Assembly: GCA_964513745.1 (NCBI GenBank)
Contig: CAZEOK010000002.1
Location: forward strand, 7,858-71,857
DNA: 64,000 nt
Direction: 5' to 3'
Source of the DNA: an uncultured bacterium
Lineage (GTDB): Bacteria; JAUVQV01; DATDCY01
This document shows, one piece after another, positions 1 to 8,507 of this stretch; positions within the stretch are counted from its first letter, which is position 1, and every line of letters begins with the position of its first letter. The position numbers and the translations under genes are program-made. The notes under the pieces are model-generated. The model did not search any database. It was not told the origin of the DNA and saw only the letters and a program-made list of their open reading frames with translations.

Positions 1-2
1 TG

Positions 3-632
3 GCAGCGGAAAACCGTACCGAGATGGGCAAGACCGGGGTCAACAAAGTCCGGGCCCGGGGGCTCTGCCCGGCCGTTGTCTACGGTCCCGGCACCGAGGC
101 CATGCACGTGTCCGTCGATCCCAAGGCGTTCCTCAAGCTCGTCTCCACCGCGGGCGAGAACGCGCTGATCGACCTGAGCGTCGGCGGTGTCGATGGCACG
201 AAGAAGGTCATCGTCAGGGAGATCCAGTACAATCCCCTCAAGCACCTGCCGATCCACGTCGATTTCTACCTCGTGAACCTCGACCGCACCATCGAGATCA
301 AGGTGCCCCTTGAACTCGTCGGCACCCCCGCCCCCGTCGCGCAAAAGGCCGGCACACTCACGCAGGCCGTTCACGAACTGCACGTCGAGTGCCTCCCGAC
401 GGCCATCCCCGCCTCGATCACCGCCGACGTTTCCGGCCTGCTGCTTGGCCACTCCCTGCACGTGCGCGACCTGGTCGTTCCCGCGGGCGTCACGATACTC
501 GACTCCCCCGACCAGACCGTCGCGGCCGTCGCCGGCCTCCAGGCCGAAACGGTGACCGTGGCCGCCGCGGCCGAGACGGCTGAGCCCGAAGTGATTCGCG
601 AGCGCAAGCCCGCGGCCGAAGAGAAGAAGTAG
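3..632 (+). CDS. rplY: 50S ribosomal protein L25 / Ctc family, 5' end cut by the window edge
   Basis: Frame of ORF 24..632 stays open back to base 3 (AAENRTE precedes the listed Met). KVRARGLCPAVVYG matches the L25 N-terminal motif. Long Ala/Glu/Lys-rich C-terminal tail is typical of Ctc-type L25. pth follows, a common pairing. Confidence 0.85.
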   Translation, partial: AAENRTEMGKTGVNKVRARGLCPAVVYGPGTEAMHVSVDPKAFLKLVSTAGENALIDLSVGGVDGTKKVIVREIQYNPLKHLPIHVDFYLVNLDRTIEIKVPLELVGTPAPVAQKAGTLTQAVHELHVECLPTAIPASITADVSGLLLGHSLHVRDLVVPAGVTILDSPDQTVAAVAGLQAETVTVAAAAETAEPEVIRERKPAAEEKK

Positions 633-726
633 TAGCTTCGCCGGACGTTCGCGCGGCGCCGCTGGCTCAGGGCGGCGACACCGGGCCTCCGGCCCCGTCT
701 TCGCCGCTTGAAGGTTCCTGAATGCC

Positions 727-1317
727 ATGACAGTCGACGTTGTCATCGTCGGTCTCGGGAACCCCGGACCCCGCTATGATCGCACCCGGCACAACGCCGG
801 ATTCCTCCTTGTCGACAAGCTTGCCGCAGCGCATGGCGTCGTGCTGGGCCAGCAGCGGCACGACGCCCTTGTCGGCGATGGCCGCATTGCCGGCCGCCGC
901 TGCCTGCTGGCACTGCCGCAGACTTTCATGAACCGCAGCGGCGAGTCCGTTCGCCGGATCCTGTCGTTCGCCGGTCTCGACGCGGGTTCGCTGGTGGTCG
1001 TCCATGACGACATGGACCTGGCTCTCGGACGCCTGCGCCTGCGCCGCGGCGGGGGGGCGGGCGGCCACCGGGGCGTTGCTTCGATCCTCGAGAATGTCGG
1101 TGACCCCGAGTTCGTCCGACTTAAAATCGGCGTGGGACGCCCCCCGGCGGGGGTTCCGGCCGAGGTTCACGTCTTGCAGGATTTCGCCGCCGGCGAGATC
1201 GAGACACTGTGCGATGTCATCGATCGCGGCGCAGCGGCGCTCGAGATCCTGCTCGCCCGCGGATTGGACGCCGCGATGAACGCCTGTAATCCCGTTGCCG
1301 ACACTGAGGCCCCGTGA
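727..1317 (+). CDS. pth: peptidyl-tRNA hydrolase
   Basis: N-terminal VVIVGLGNPGPRYDRTRHNAGF signature, about 196 aa, classic position after ctc. Confidence 0.95.
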   Translation: MTVDVVIVGLGNPGPRYDRTRHNAGFLLVDKLAAAHGVVLGQQRHDALVGDGRIAGRRCLLALPQTFMNRSGESVRRILSFAGLDAGSLVVVHDDMDLALGRLRLRRGGGAGGHRGVASILENVGDPEFVRLKIGVGRPPAGVPAEVHVLQDFAAGEIETLCDVIDRGAAALEILLARGLDAAMNACNPVADTEAP

Positions 1318-1436
1318 CCCTTGCGCTCCGCGGCCCGTGCGTGGTATAAAGCCGCACTTTCCCAGAGGGGGGAAGAGCTTCCTTGCCCGCGGCCAGGCCC
1401 GCGGGCTTCACATCCGGAAGGAGGAGGACAGACACC

Positions 1437-1820
1437 GTGCAGAAGTATTACGAGACCATCTTCATCATGCGTCCCACCCTGAACGACCAGGAGATCGCGG
1501 AGCTCATCGAGAACTACCGCGGCATCCTTGTTCGTGAAGGGGCCGAGATCCTGTACCAGGCCGATCTCGGGAAGAAGAAGCTGGCGTACATCATTCGCCA
1601 CTTCCAGAACGGCCACTACGCACTCTACCGCTACAAGGCCCCTGCTGCGGCAGTCCACGAGGTCGAGCGCAGCATGAAGATCAACGAGGACCTGCTGCGG
1701 ATCCTCACCGTGAAGCTCGACGAGGTTGAGCTGGCGGCTGCCAACGCTGCGGTCGCGGCCGCGGCGGCAGCAGCCGAGCAGTACGCACCGGCAGCAGTCA
1801 CAGCCCCCGTCGAGGGCTGA
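1437..1820 (+). CDS. rpsF: 30S ribosomal protein S6
   Basis: YETIFIMRPTLNDQEIAELIENY... is S6-like. In-frame GTG at 1437 lies 8 nt after GGAAGGAGGAGGA (1416-1428). The upstream part of ORF 1383.. is Arg/Pro-rich and unlikely to be coding. Ala-rich C-terminal tail. Confidence 0.9.
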   Translation: MQKYYETIFIMRPTLNDQEIAELIENYRGILVREGAEILYQADLGKKKLAYIIRHFQNGHYALYRYKAPAAAVHEVERSMKINEDLLRILTVKLDEVELAAANAAVAAAAAAAEQYAPAAVTAPVEG

Positions 1821-1824
1821 TCCG

Positions 1825-2235
1825 ATGGCCGATATCAACGTCGTGATCCTCGTCGGGCGGCTGACCCGAGACCCGGAGTTGCGGTACACGCCCGCGGGGA
1901 CGGCGGTGACCGGCTTCGGGCTGGCGGTCAACAACCGCCGCAAGGTTGGGGACGAGTGGAAGGAAGAGCCCTGCTTCGTCGACGTCAAGATCTTCGGACG
2001 CATGGCGGAGACCAGCAGCGAGTACCTCTCCAAGGGCCGGCAGTGCGCCATTGAAGGCCGGCTTTCGTACAGCAAGTGGGAGAAAGACGGGCAGATTCGC
2101 AGCAAGCTCGAGGTCATCGCGAACAACATCCAGTTCCTCGGTCAGGGCCAGCAGGGCCGGAGCGGGGACCGCGCACCCGGATCAGACAGCGACCCGCTTG
2201 CCGACGCCGGCGGCGACGAGATGCCGCCCTTCTAG
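1825..2235 (+). CDS. ssb: single-stranded DNA-binding protein
   Basis: ATG at 1825. OB-fold N-terminus MADINVVILVGRLTRDPELRYTPAGTAV, Gly/Gln-rich linker and acidic tip DEMPPF. rpsF-ssb-rpsR order. Confidence 0.93.
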   Translation: MADINVVILVGRLTRDPELRYTPAGTAVTGFGLAVNNRRKVGDEWKEEPCFVDVKIFGRMAETSSEYLSKGRQCAIEGRLSYSKWEKDGQIRSKLEVIANNIQFLGQGQQGRSGDRAPGSDSDPLADAGGDEMPPF

Positions 2236-2304
2236 GACATAACGATCGCGACGTCGCCGCCGTGCCGCTGCCGTCGCGGATGATAAAAGGAGAGACGCAC
2301 CATC

Positions 2305-2538
2305 ATGGAGCCGGTGAAGAGAAAGCGCTTTCAGAAGCGGAAATCCTGCAAGTTTTGCGAGGACAAGGTCGTCGCGATAGACTACAAGGACGTTAAACTG
2401 CTCAAGATGTACGTGAGCGAGCGGGGCAAGATCATCCCGCGCCGGATCACGGGCAACTGCGCCAAGCATCAGCGCAGCCTGACGACATCGATCAAGCGGG
2501 CGCGCAACATCGCGCTCATTCCCTTCGCAGCCGGTTAA
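2305..2538 (+). CDS. rpsR: 30S ribosomal protein S18
   Basis: [59 protein letters not shown] is near-consensus S18. Confidence 0.95.
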   Translation: MEPVKRKRFQKRKSCKFCEDKVVAIDYKDVKLLKMYVSERGKIIPRRITGNCAKHQRSLTTSIKRARNIALIPFAAG

Positions 2539-2557
2539 CAGCAGCACTCGCATCATT

Positions 2558-2595
2558 GCCGCCCCGGGGCCAGCGGTTCCGGGGCGGCTTCTTTC
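2558..2595 (+). terminator. rho-independent terminator/attenuator after rpsR
   Basis: Perfect 10-bp stem GCCGCCCCGG (2558-2567) / CCGGGGCGGC (2579-2588) with an 11-nt loop, followed by TTCTTTC (2589-2595), which abuts the ATG at 2596. Confidence 0.55.
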
Positions 2596-3540
2596 ATGAT
2601 ACGGATCAGCAGCGAACTCCGGGATCTCGCCGCCGCGAGCGCCTGTTCGGCGCTGCTGTTCGCCACCGGGGCCCTCCTGCCGCTGATCGGTCCGCCGGCC
2701 GGCTTCATATCCGCCACGCCGCTGATCTGGCTCGCAGCCCGCCATGGCCGCATGATCGGTCTGCTGGGCGGTGTGCTCGCCACCGTGGCTCTGCTCGCGG
2801 TGTTGGCACCTCCGGTCGCGCTGGTCTACGCCATGGAACACGCCTTGCCCGCGGGGTATCTCGGATGGAGACTCCGCCGCGGCAAGGGCATCGTCGCTGG
2901 CAGCGCCGCTGCCGGGCTCGTGGTCACGGCACTGGTGATCGGCATGGCCCTGCTCCTTGCCGGCCGCGGCCAGGATCCAGTTCAACTGCTCGAGCAGCAG
3001 CTTCGGGAAGGGCTGGTCGAACTCGGCGGCAGCGCGACCAACGGGCAGCCGGGTACGGATAGCCTCCCGGCCTTGAATGAGAACCTTGAGGAGGCGCTGG
3101 CCTTCATGCGTCGCGCCCTCCCCGCCCTCACACTCGTCGGCATCTTTCTCGAGTGCGCTTTCAGCAGTCTTCTGGCCTCCCGGTTGCTCGCACGCGCCGA
3201 GGTCGCGGCTCAACCGCTCCTCATGACCGCGTTCGCGCTGCCGGAATGGCTTGTTTGGGTGCTCATCCCGGCGCTGGCGCTCTGCTGGGCACCGCAGTCG
3301 ACGGTGGCGACCGTTGCGCTCAACGTGCTGCTCCCGCTCGGGTTCGGGTACCTCCTCCAGGGGCTTTCGATCAGTCTGCACCTGGCGGCGCGCGCCCGTC
3401 TCTCGCGTTTCGCCAGGATCCTGTTCGCATCATCCCTGGTCGTCTTCCCGTGGCTTCTGGTCGCGCCGCTGCTGCTTGGGCTGCTCGATTTCCGGTTCGG
3501 CTTCCGCGACCGCTGGCGGCTCGAGCCTCCCCCCCAGTAG
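2596..3540 (+). CDS. polytopic membrane protein, DUF2232/YybS-like
   Basis: 314 aa with multiple hydrophobic helices. Its position directly after rpsR mirrors the Firmicute yybS locus. Family assignment is from memory of the context and composition, not a search. Confidence 0.55.
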   Translation: MIRISSELRDLAAASACSALLFATGALLPLIGPPAGFISATPLIWLAARHGRMIGLLGGVLATVALLAVLAPPVALVYAMEHALPAGYLGWRLRRGKGIVAGSAAAGLVVTALVIGMALLLAGRGQDPVQLLEQQLREGLVELGGSATNGQPGTDSLPALNENLEEALAFMRRALPALTLVGIFLECAFSSLLASRLLARAEVAAQPLLMTAFALPEWLVWVLIPALALCWAPQSTVATVALNVLLPLGFGYLLQGLSISLHLAARARLSRFARILFASSLVVFPWLLVAPLLLGLLDFRFGFRDRWRLEPPPQ

Positions 3541-3590
3541 GTCGGCGATCTCCCGCGGCACCCGTCCTGCGGAGCCTGCCCCCGTCGTTC

Positions 3591-3619
3591 TTGACTCACT
3601 TCCGCCCAGGCTCTATGAT
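3591..3619 (+). promoter_or_regulatory. sigma-70-type promoter candidate for mutS
   Basis: TTGACT (3591-3596), 17-nt spacer, TATGAT (3614-3619), 50-65 nt upstream of the mutS start. Confidence 0.45.
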
Positions 3620-3669
3620 CGCCGCATGACGCTCCGCAGGCACGTGTTTTTATCAGCAGCCACAAGCAG

Positions 3670-6318
3670 TTGGAGCTTTCAGGGATGAGCGGACCGACCC
3701 CGATGATGCGCCAGTATCAGCGCATCAAGCAGCAGCACCCGGAGGCCATCCTGCTGTTCCACCTCGGCGACTTCTACGAGATGTTCTTCGAGGACGCCCG
3801 CGATGCGGCCAGAATCCTCAATATCACCCTGACTTCCCGCGACCGTCAGAAGGCCGAGCCCATCCCGCTGTGCGGCATCCCCGTGCACTCGGCGGAAAGC
3901 TACATCACCCGGCTTCTCAAGGCCGGTCGCAAGGTCGCCGTCTGCGATCAGGTGGAGAATCCCGCGGACGCCGTCGGCATTGTCCGGCGCGAGGTCACCC
4001 GGGTCATCACCCCCGGCACCGTGCTCGACGAGCGGATGCTCGAGGGACGGGAGACCAATTACCTGGTCGCCCTGGCGCCCGGGAAAGTCCGGACCGGCCT
4101 CGCGGCCCTCGATTTTTCCACGGCCGAATTCCTGCTGCTCGAAACGGCGACCGTAAACCGCCGCGAGCTGGAAGATCGTCTCGAGGGTTTCGCGCCCGCG
4201 GAGCTGCTCCTACCGCAAAGCGCCGCCCCGGATATCGACACCATGATCGCCCGGGTGGTCCCCGGCGTCACGGTGACGCGGACCGACGATCCCGCCTCGT
4301 TCGATCCCGGCGCCTCGCGTCGCACGCTGCTCGAGCACTTCGGCACCGCGACCCTCGACGGTTTCGGCCTCCAGGGGTGCGACGAATCGGTCACCGCCGC
4401 CGGCGCCCTGGTGCGCTACCTCCAGGCCACGCAGCGCCGGCCTCTGGGCAACATCACGCGCCTGTCAGTGTGGCGCCCGGAGGGTCGCATGGCGCTCGAT
4501 GCCGCAACCCAGCGCAACCTCGAGCTGCTCTCGAACCTCGACGACGGCCGTCGCGAGCGCAGCCTGCTCTGGGTGCTCGACCGCACCCAGACACCGCTCG
4601 GAGCGCGGCGCCTGCGCTCCTGGATCATCTCGCCGCTGATGGACGCGTCGGCAATCGCGGCACGGCAGGACGCCGTCGAACGGCTCATCGCGGAGGCCGG
4701 CTTGCGTCAGCGCCTGCGAGTCGCGCTCGGTGGCATCCTCGATCTGGAGCGCCTTGCCAGCCGCATCGCCCTGAACACCGCGGGTCCGCACGAGCTGGCC
4801 TCGTTGCGATCCTCGCTGCGGCTGCTCCCGGAGCTTTTCGGCGCGCTCGCCGGCGACCCGGTGACGCTGCTCGCCACGCTCGGGAAAGCCGACGCGCTGA
4901 CCGACCTGTGCGCCTGGATCGACAGCACGCTGGCCGAAGCCCCGCCGCAGCGCGTCAGCCAGGGAGGAGTCATCCGCGCGGGGGTGAGCGCCGAGCTCGA
5001 CGCGCTTCGCAGCCGCTCGCATGACGCGCAGAGCGCGCTCGCCGACCTCGAGAGGCGCGAGCGCCAGCGCACCGGCATCGCTACGCTCAAGATCGGCTAC
5101 ACCAGGGTTTTCGGCTATTACATCGAGGTCACGCGGCCGAACATCCCGAGTGTACCCGCCGACTACCTCCGGCGGCAGACGCTCGTCAATGCCGAGCGCT
5201 ACCACTCCGCTGAGCTCGCCGCCTTCGAGGAGGGGATCCTCGGTGCCGAGGAGAAGTCCCTCGCGCTCGAAGCACGCATCTTCGAGGACCTGCGCGTCTT
5301 GGTCGCCGCGACCGCCGCGCGGGTGCAGGCCGCGGCGGCGGCCGTCGGCGAGATCGATGCCCTGCAGTCGCTCGCCGAAGTGGCGCTGCGGCAGGGATAC
5401 TCGCGCCCCACCGTCGACGCCAGCCTGGCGCTGGAGATCTGCGGCGGCCGGCACCCGGTGGTCGAGCTTGCCGGCGCGGAGCGGTTCGTACCGAACGACT
5501 GCCTTCTCGACGCCGGGGATTGCCAGCTGGTGATCCTCACCGGGCCGAACATGGCCGGCAAGTCCACCTACCTGCGGCAGACCGCGCTGATCGCGCTGAT
5601 GGCTCAGATCGGCAGCTTCGTACCGGCGGCGTCGGCCAGGGTCGGCCTGGTCGACCGCATCTTCACGCGCATCGGCGCCGCTGACCGCCTCTCGCGCGGC
5701 CAGAGCACCTTCATGGTCGAGATGACCGAGACCGCAAGCATCCTGCACAACGCCACGGAGCGCAGCCTGGTGATCCTCGACGAGGTCGGGCGAGGGACGA
5801 GCACCTTCGACGGGCTGGCCATCGCCTGGGCGGTCGCCGAGCACCTGCACGGCAGCGGTCCGCGCGGGCCGAGGACGCTCTTCGCCACGCACTATCACCA
5901 ACTCACCGAACTGTCGCTCACGCTTGCCCGGGCGCGCAATTTCACGATCGCTGTCCGCGAGTGGGAGCAGCAGATCCTCTTCTTGCGCACGATCATTCCC
6001 GGCGGAGCCGACCGCAGCTACGGGATCCAGGTCGCCCAGCTGGCCGGCATCCCCGCACCGACCCTCGCGCGGGCCAGGGAAATTCTTGCCAATCTCGAGA
6101 GCGGCGAGCTGACGATCGAAGGGCTTCCCCGCATCGCGGAGCACCCGGCGATGCTGGAACCGCCGCCGCAGCTCGACCTGTTCCAGGCGCGGGAGCACGA
6201 TGTTGTCCGCTCGCTGCGCGATCTCGACACGGACCGGTTGACGCCCCTGGAAGCCCTGCAGCTGCTCTGTGACTGGAAGGCCATCGTCGGACAACCGATG
6301 CGCAGAGCCGCCCCATGA
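3670..6318 (+). CDS. mutS: DNA mismatch repair protein MutS
   Basis: TPMMRQYQRIKQQHPEAILLFHLGDFYEMFFEDA N-terminus, Walker A GPNMAGKSTYLRQ, DEVGRGTSTFDG. Start could be the ATG at 3685 (MSGPT). Confidence 0.95.
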   Translation: MELSGMSGPTPMMRQYQRIKQQHPEAILLFHLGDFYEMFFEDARDAARILNITLTSRDRQKAEPIPLCGIPVHSAESYITRLLKAGRKVAVCDQVENPADAVGIVRREVTRVITPGTVLDERMLEGRETNYLVALAPGKVRTGLAALDFSTAEFLLLETATVNRRELEDRLEGFAPAELLLPQSAAPDIDTMIARVVPGVTVTRTDDPASFDPGASRRTLLEHFGTATLDGFGLQGCDESVTAAGALVRYLQATQRRPLGNITRLSVWRPEGRMALDAATQRNLELLSNLDDGRRERSLLWVLDRTQTPLGARRLRSWIISPLMDASAIAARQDAVERLIAEAGLRQRLRVALGGILDLERLASRIALNTAGPHELASLRSSLRLLPELFGALAGDPVTLLATLGKADALTDLCAWIDSTLAEAPPQRVSQGGVIRAGVSAELDALRSRSHDAQSALADLERRERQRTGIATLKIGYTRVFGYYIEVTRPNIPSVPADYLRRQTLVNAERYHSAELAAFEEGILGAEEKSLALEARIFEDLRVLVAATAARVQAAAAAVGEIDALQSLAEVALRQGYSRPTVDASLALEICGGRHPVVELAGAERFVPNDCLLDAGDCQLVILTGPNMAGKSTYLRQTALIALMAQIGSFVPAASARVGLVDRIFTRIGAADRLSRGQSTFMVEMTETASILHNATERSLVILDEVGRGTSTFDGLAIAWAVAEHLHGSGPRGPRTLFATHYHQLTELSLTLARARNFTIAVREWEQQILFLRTIIPGGADRSYGIQVAQLAGIPAPTLARAREILANLESGELTIEGLPRIAEHPAMLEPPPQLDLFQAREHDVVRSLRDLDTDRLTPLEALQLLCDWKAIVGQPMRRAAP

Positions 6319-8507
6319 GACGGGCGCTCACCGTTGCCGCGTTTCTGTCGGTGCTTCTCGCACTGTCCTGGCAGGCACACGGAGCTTCACCCGCAACCAC
6401 CCCGGTTCTTTCCCGTGCGGAGTCCCTGTTTGCCCGGGCCGAGGCGGACTTCTCGGCGCTCCGGGCGAGTGCCCAGGCCCAGCGACAGCGCCAGAATTAC
6501 GTGCGGGTGCTCGAGGCATACCGCCGGGTCTTCGAAAAATATCCCGCCACCCGCGCGGGGGATCAGGCCCTGATGCGCTCAGGAGAGCTGCTCACCCTGC
6601 TGTTTCGCTGGACCGGACAGGAGGGGGACTTGAACAGGGCCCAGAATTATTATCAGCGGCTCGTCCAGACCTCCCCGAAGAGCCCGCTCCTCGATGACGC
6701 CCTGCTGGCAATAGCGTATCTTTTCCTCGATCAGTTCAAGGACCCGATCCAGGCCTGGCTGCGCTTCCGCGACGTCACGGTGCTCGCGCCGGCGGGTGAC
6801 AAGGCGGCCGAAGCGAAAAGACAGCTCAAGCGGCTTTCGCGCTATGCCACGGTGACGAAGCCGCAGCAGGCAGCCGGCGGTGGCAACGACCTTTCCTGCC
6901 CGGCACCTCAGCCGGGCAGTGCGGCGGACAAGACTCATGCCGCCATTGCTGCAACGTCTACGCCACCGGGCACGGCTGCCCCGCCGCTTCCCGACCCGAC
7001 GGTTCCGCCGCCACCTTCGCCAGCGGGAGTGGCAACTGCGCCCAACCGCGTTCGCGACATCCGCCACTGGTCGAATCCCGAATACACCCGTGTCGTCATC
7101 GACCTCGAACGGAAAACGAATTTTTACTCCAACCTTCTCGAGGACCGCTCCGGGAGCGGCAAGCCGCCCCGGCTGTACGTGGACCTCTTCGGCACGCGCG
7201 TCGAAGAGCGCTTTTGCGCACCGATCAGCGTGAACGACGGGATCCTGCTCGGCATCCGGGCCGGTCAGTACACACCGGACAGCGTCCGTGTCGTGCTCGA
7301 GATCGACGGGCTGCACACCTATCGCGTGTTTCCGATGCAGAACCCCTTCCGCATCGTGATAGACGTGACCGGCGGAACCCCGGGTGCGTCACCGGGAATG
7401 TCGGTAGCGGCTGCGCCGCGCCTAGCAACGCCGGTGGCGGCTGCTGCAGCGTCGCCCCCGCCGAAAACGGCTCCCGCCGCGTTGTCGCCCACCCCGACGT
7501 TGAGCACCCGCATGGCGCCGCTCCCCGCGCAGACAAAGTTCACGCCGGAGCCGGTACCCGATCTCATTCCCCTGCCGGCGTTCACTCCCGGCGAACCGTC
7601 CCCCGCCACGACCGCACCGTCGCTCCCACAGCAAGCGGCACCGGTGAGTGCCGCAACCCCCGCGACGTTCTCCGGCACCGCCGCGGCGGCCGCGACCGTC
7701 ACCGCCGCGTCTCCAGCCCCCGACCCGCGCGCGCTCAGCGAGGGGGCCATCCCCTCCCCTCCACCCTCGTCCGGCAAGCCGTCGCTGGCACGGCAGCTCG
7801 GGCTGGGCGTGCGCAGGGTGATCATCGACGCCGGCCATGGCGCGCACGATCCGGGGGCAATCGGTGTCGGAGGCCTCCAGGAAAAGGAGGTCACGCTCGA
7901 TCTGGCGCTGCGCGTGCGCGACGTTCTCCAGGCAGCCGGGTACGAGATTGTGCTCACCCGCGACCGGGACGTCTACCTGCCTCTCGAGGAACGCACGGCT
8001 CTTGCGAACACCGCGCGTGGCGACCTGTTCCTCTCGCTGCATTGCAACGCTAGCGACGCCGGCAACCTCAGCGGCGTCGAGACCTATTTCCTCAATCTCG
8101 CCTCGAACATCCGGGCGATGAAAACGGCTGCCCGCGAGAACAGCATGGCGGTCGCCAACATGAGCGACCTGCAGCAGATCGTCCGGGAGATCCAGAACTC
8201 CAAGATGGACGAGTCGAGCCAGTTCGCCGCACGGATCCAGCGCTCCCTGCACGGCGCGCTGCGCCGGAAGTTCCCCGACGTGAAGGATCTCGGCGTCAAG
8301 CAGGCGCCCTTCTACGTGCTCATCGGCGCGCAAATGCCGAGCGTCCTCGCCGAGGTCTCCTTCATCAACCACCGCACGGAGGGCCGCCGCCTCGCCGATC
8401 CGGCGTACCGCCAACTCATCGCGCAGGCGATCGCCGACGGCGTGAAGCGCTATGTGAAATCCGTGAAAACCGCGACCCTGGGCTCTCCCGGAGGCCGGAC
8501 GCCGTGA
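6315..8507 (+). CDS. N-acetylmuramoyl-L-alanine amidase (Amidase_3) with N-terminal TPR-like region and AMIN domain
   Basis: Signal peptide. TPR/CpoB-like helical N-region. AMIN-like [20 protein letters not shown]...FRIVIDV. Long Pro/Ala linkers. C-terminal [16 protein letters not shown]...LFLSLHCNA...ETYFL catalytic domain. ATGA overlap with the mutS stop. Confidence 0.85.
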   Translation: MRRALTVAAFLSVLLALSWQAHGASPATTPVLSRAESLFARAEADFSALRASAQAQRQRQNYVRVLEAYRRVFEKYPATRAGDQALMRSGELLTLLFRWTGQEGDLNRAQNYYQRLVQTSPKSPLLDDALLAIAYLFLDQFKDPIQAWLRFRDVTVLAPAGDKAAEAKRQLKRLSRYATVTKPQQAAGGGNDLSCPAPQPGSAADKTHAAIAATSTPPGTAAPPLPDPTVPPPPSPAGVATAPNRVRDIRHWSNPEYTRVVIDLERKTNFYSNLLEDRSGSGKPPRLYVDLFGTRVEERFCAPISVNDGILLGIRAGQYTPDSVRVVLEIDGLHTYRVFPMQNPFRIVIDVTGGTPGASPGMSVAAAPRLATPVAAAAASPPPKTAPAALSPTPTLSTRMAPLPAQTKFTPEPVPDLIPLPAFTPGEPSPATTAPSLPQQAAPVSAATPATFSGTAAAAATVTAASPAPDPRALSEGAIPSPPPSSGKPSLARQLGLGVRRVIIDAGHGAHDPGAIGVGGLQEKEVTLDLALRVRDVLQAAGYEIVLTRDRDVYLPLEERTALANTARGDLFLSLHCNASDAGNLSGVETYFLNLASNIRAMKTAARENSMAVANMSDLQQIVREIQNSKMDESSQFAARIQRSLHGALRRKFPDVKDLGVKQAPFYVLIGAQMPSVLAEVSFINHRTEGRRLADPAYRQLIAQAIADGVKRYVKSVKTATLGSPGGRTP

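Noticed and set aside
4465-6294. 609-aa ORF antisense to mutS
   Set aside because: It lies opposite a gene with unmistakable MutS motifs. The translation is Arg/Gly/Asp/Pro/Ala-rich with no recognisable motif. Long stop-free antisense frames are expected at this G+C content.
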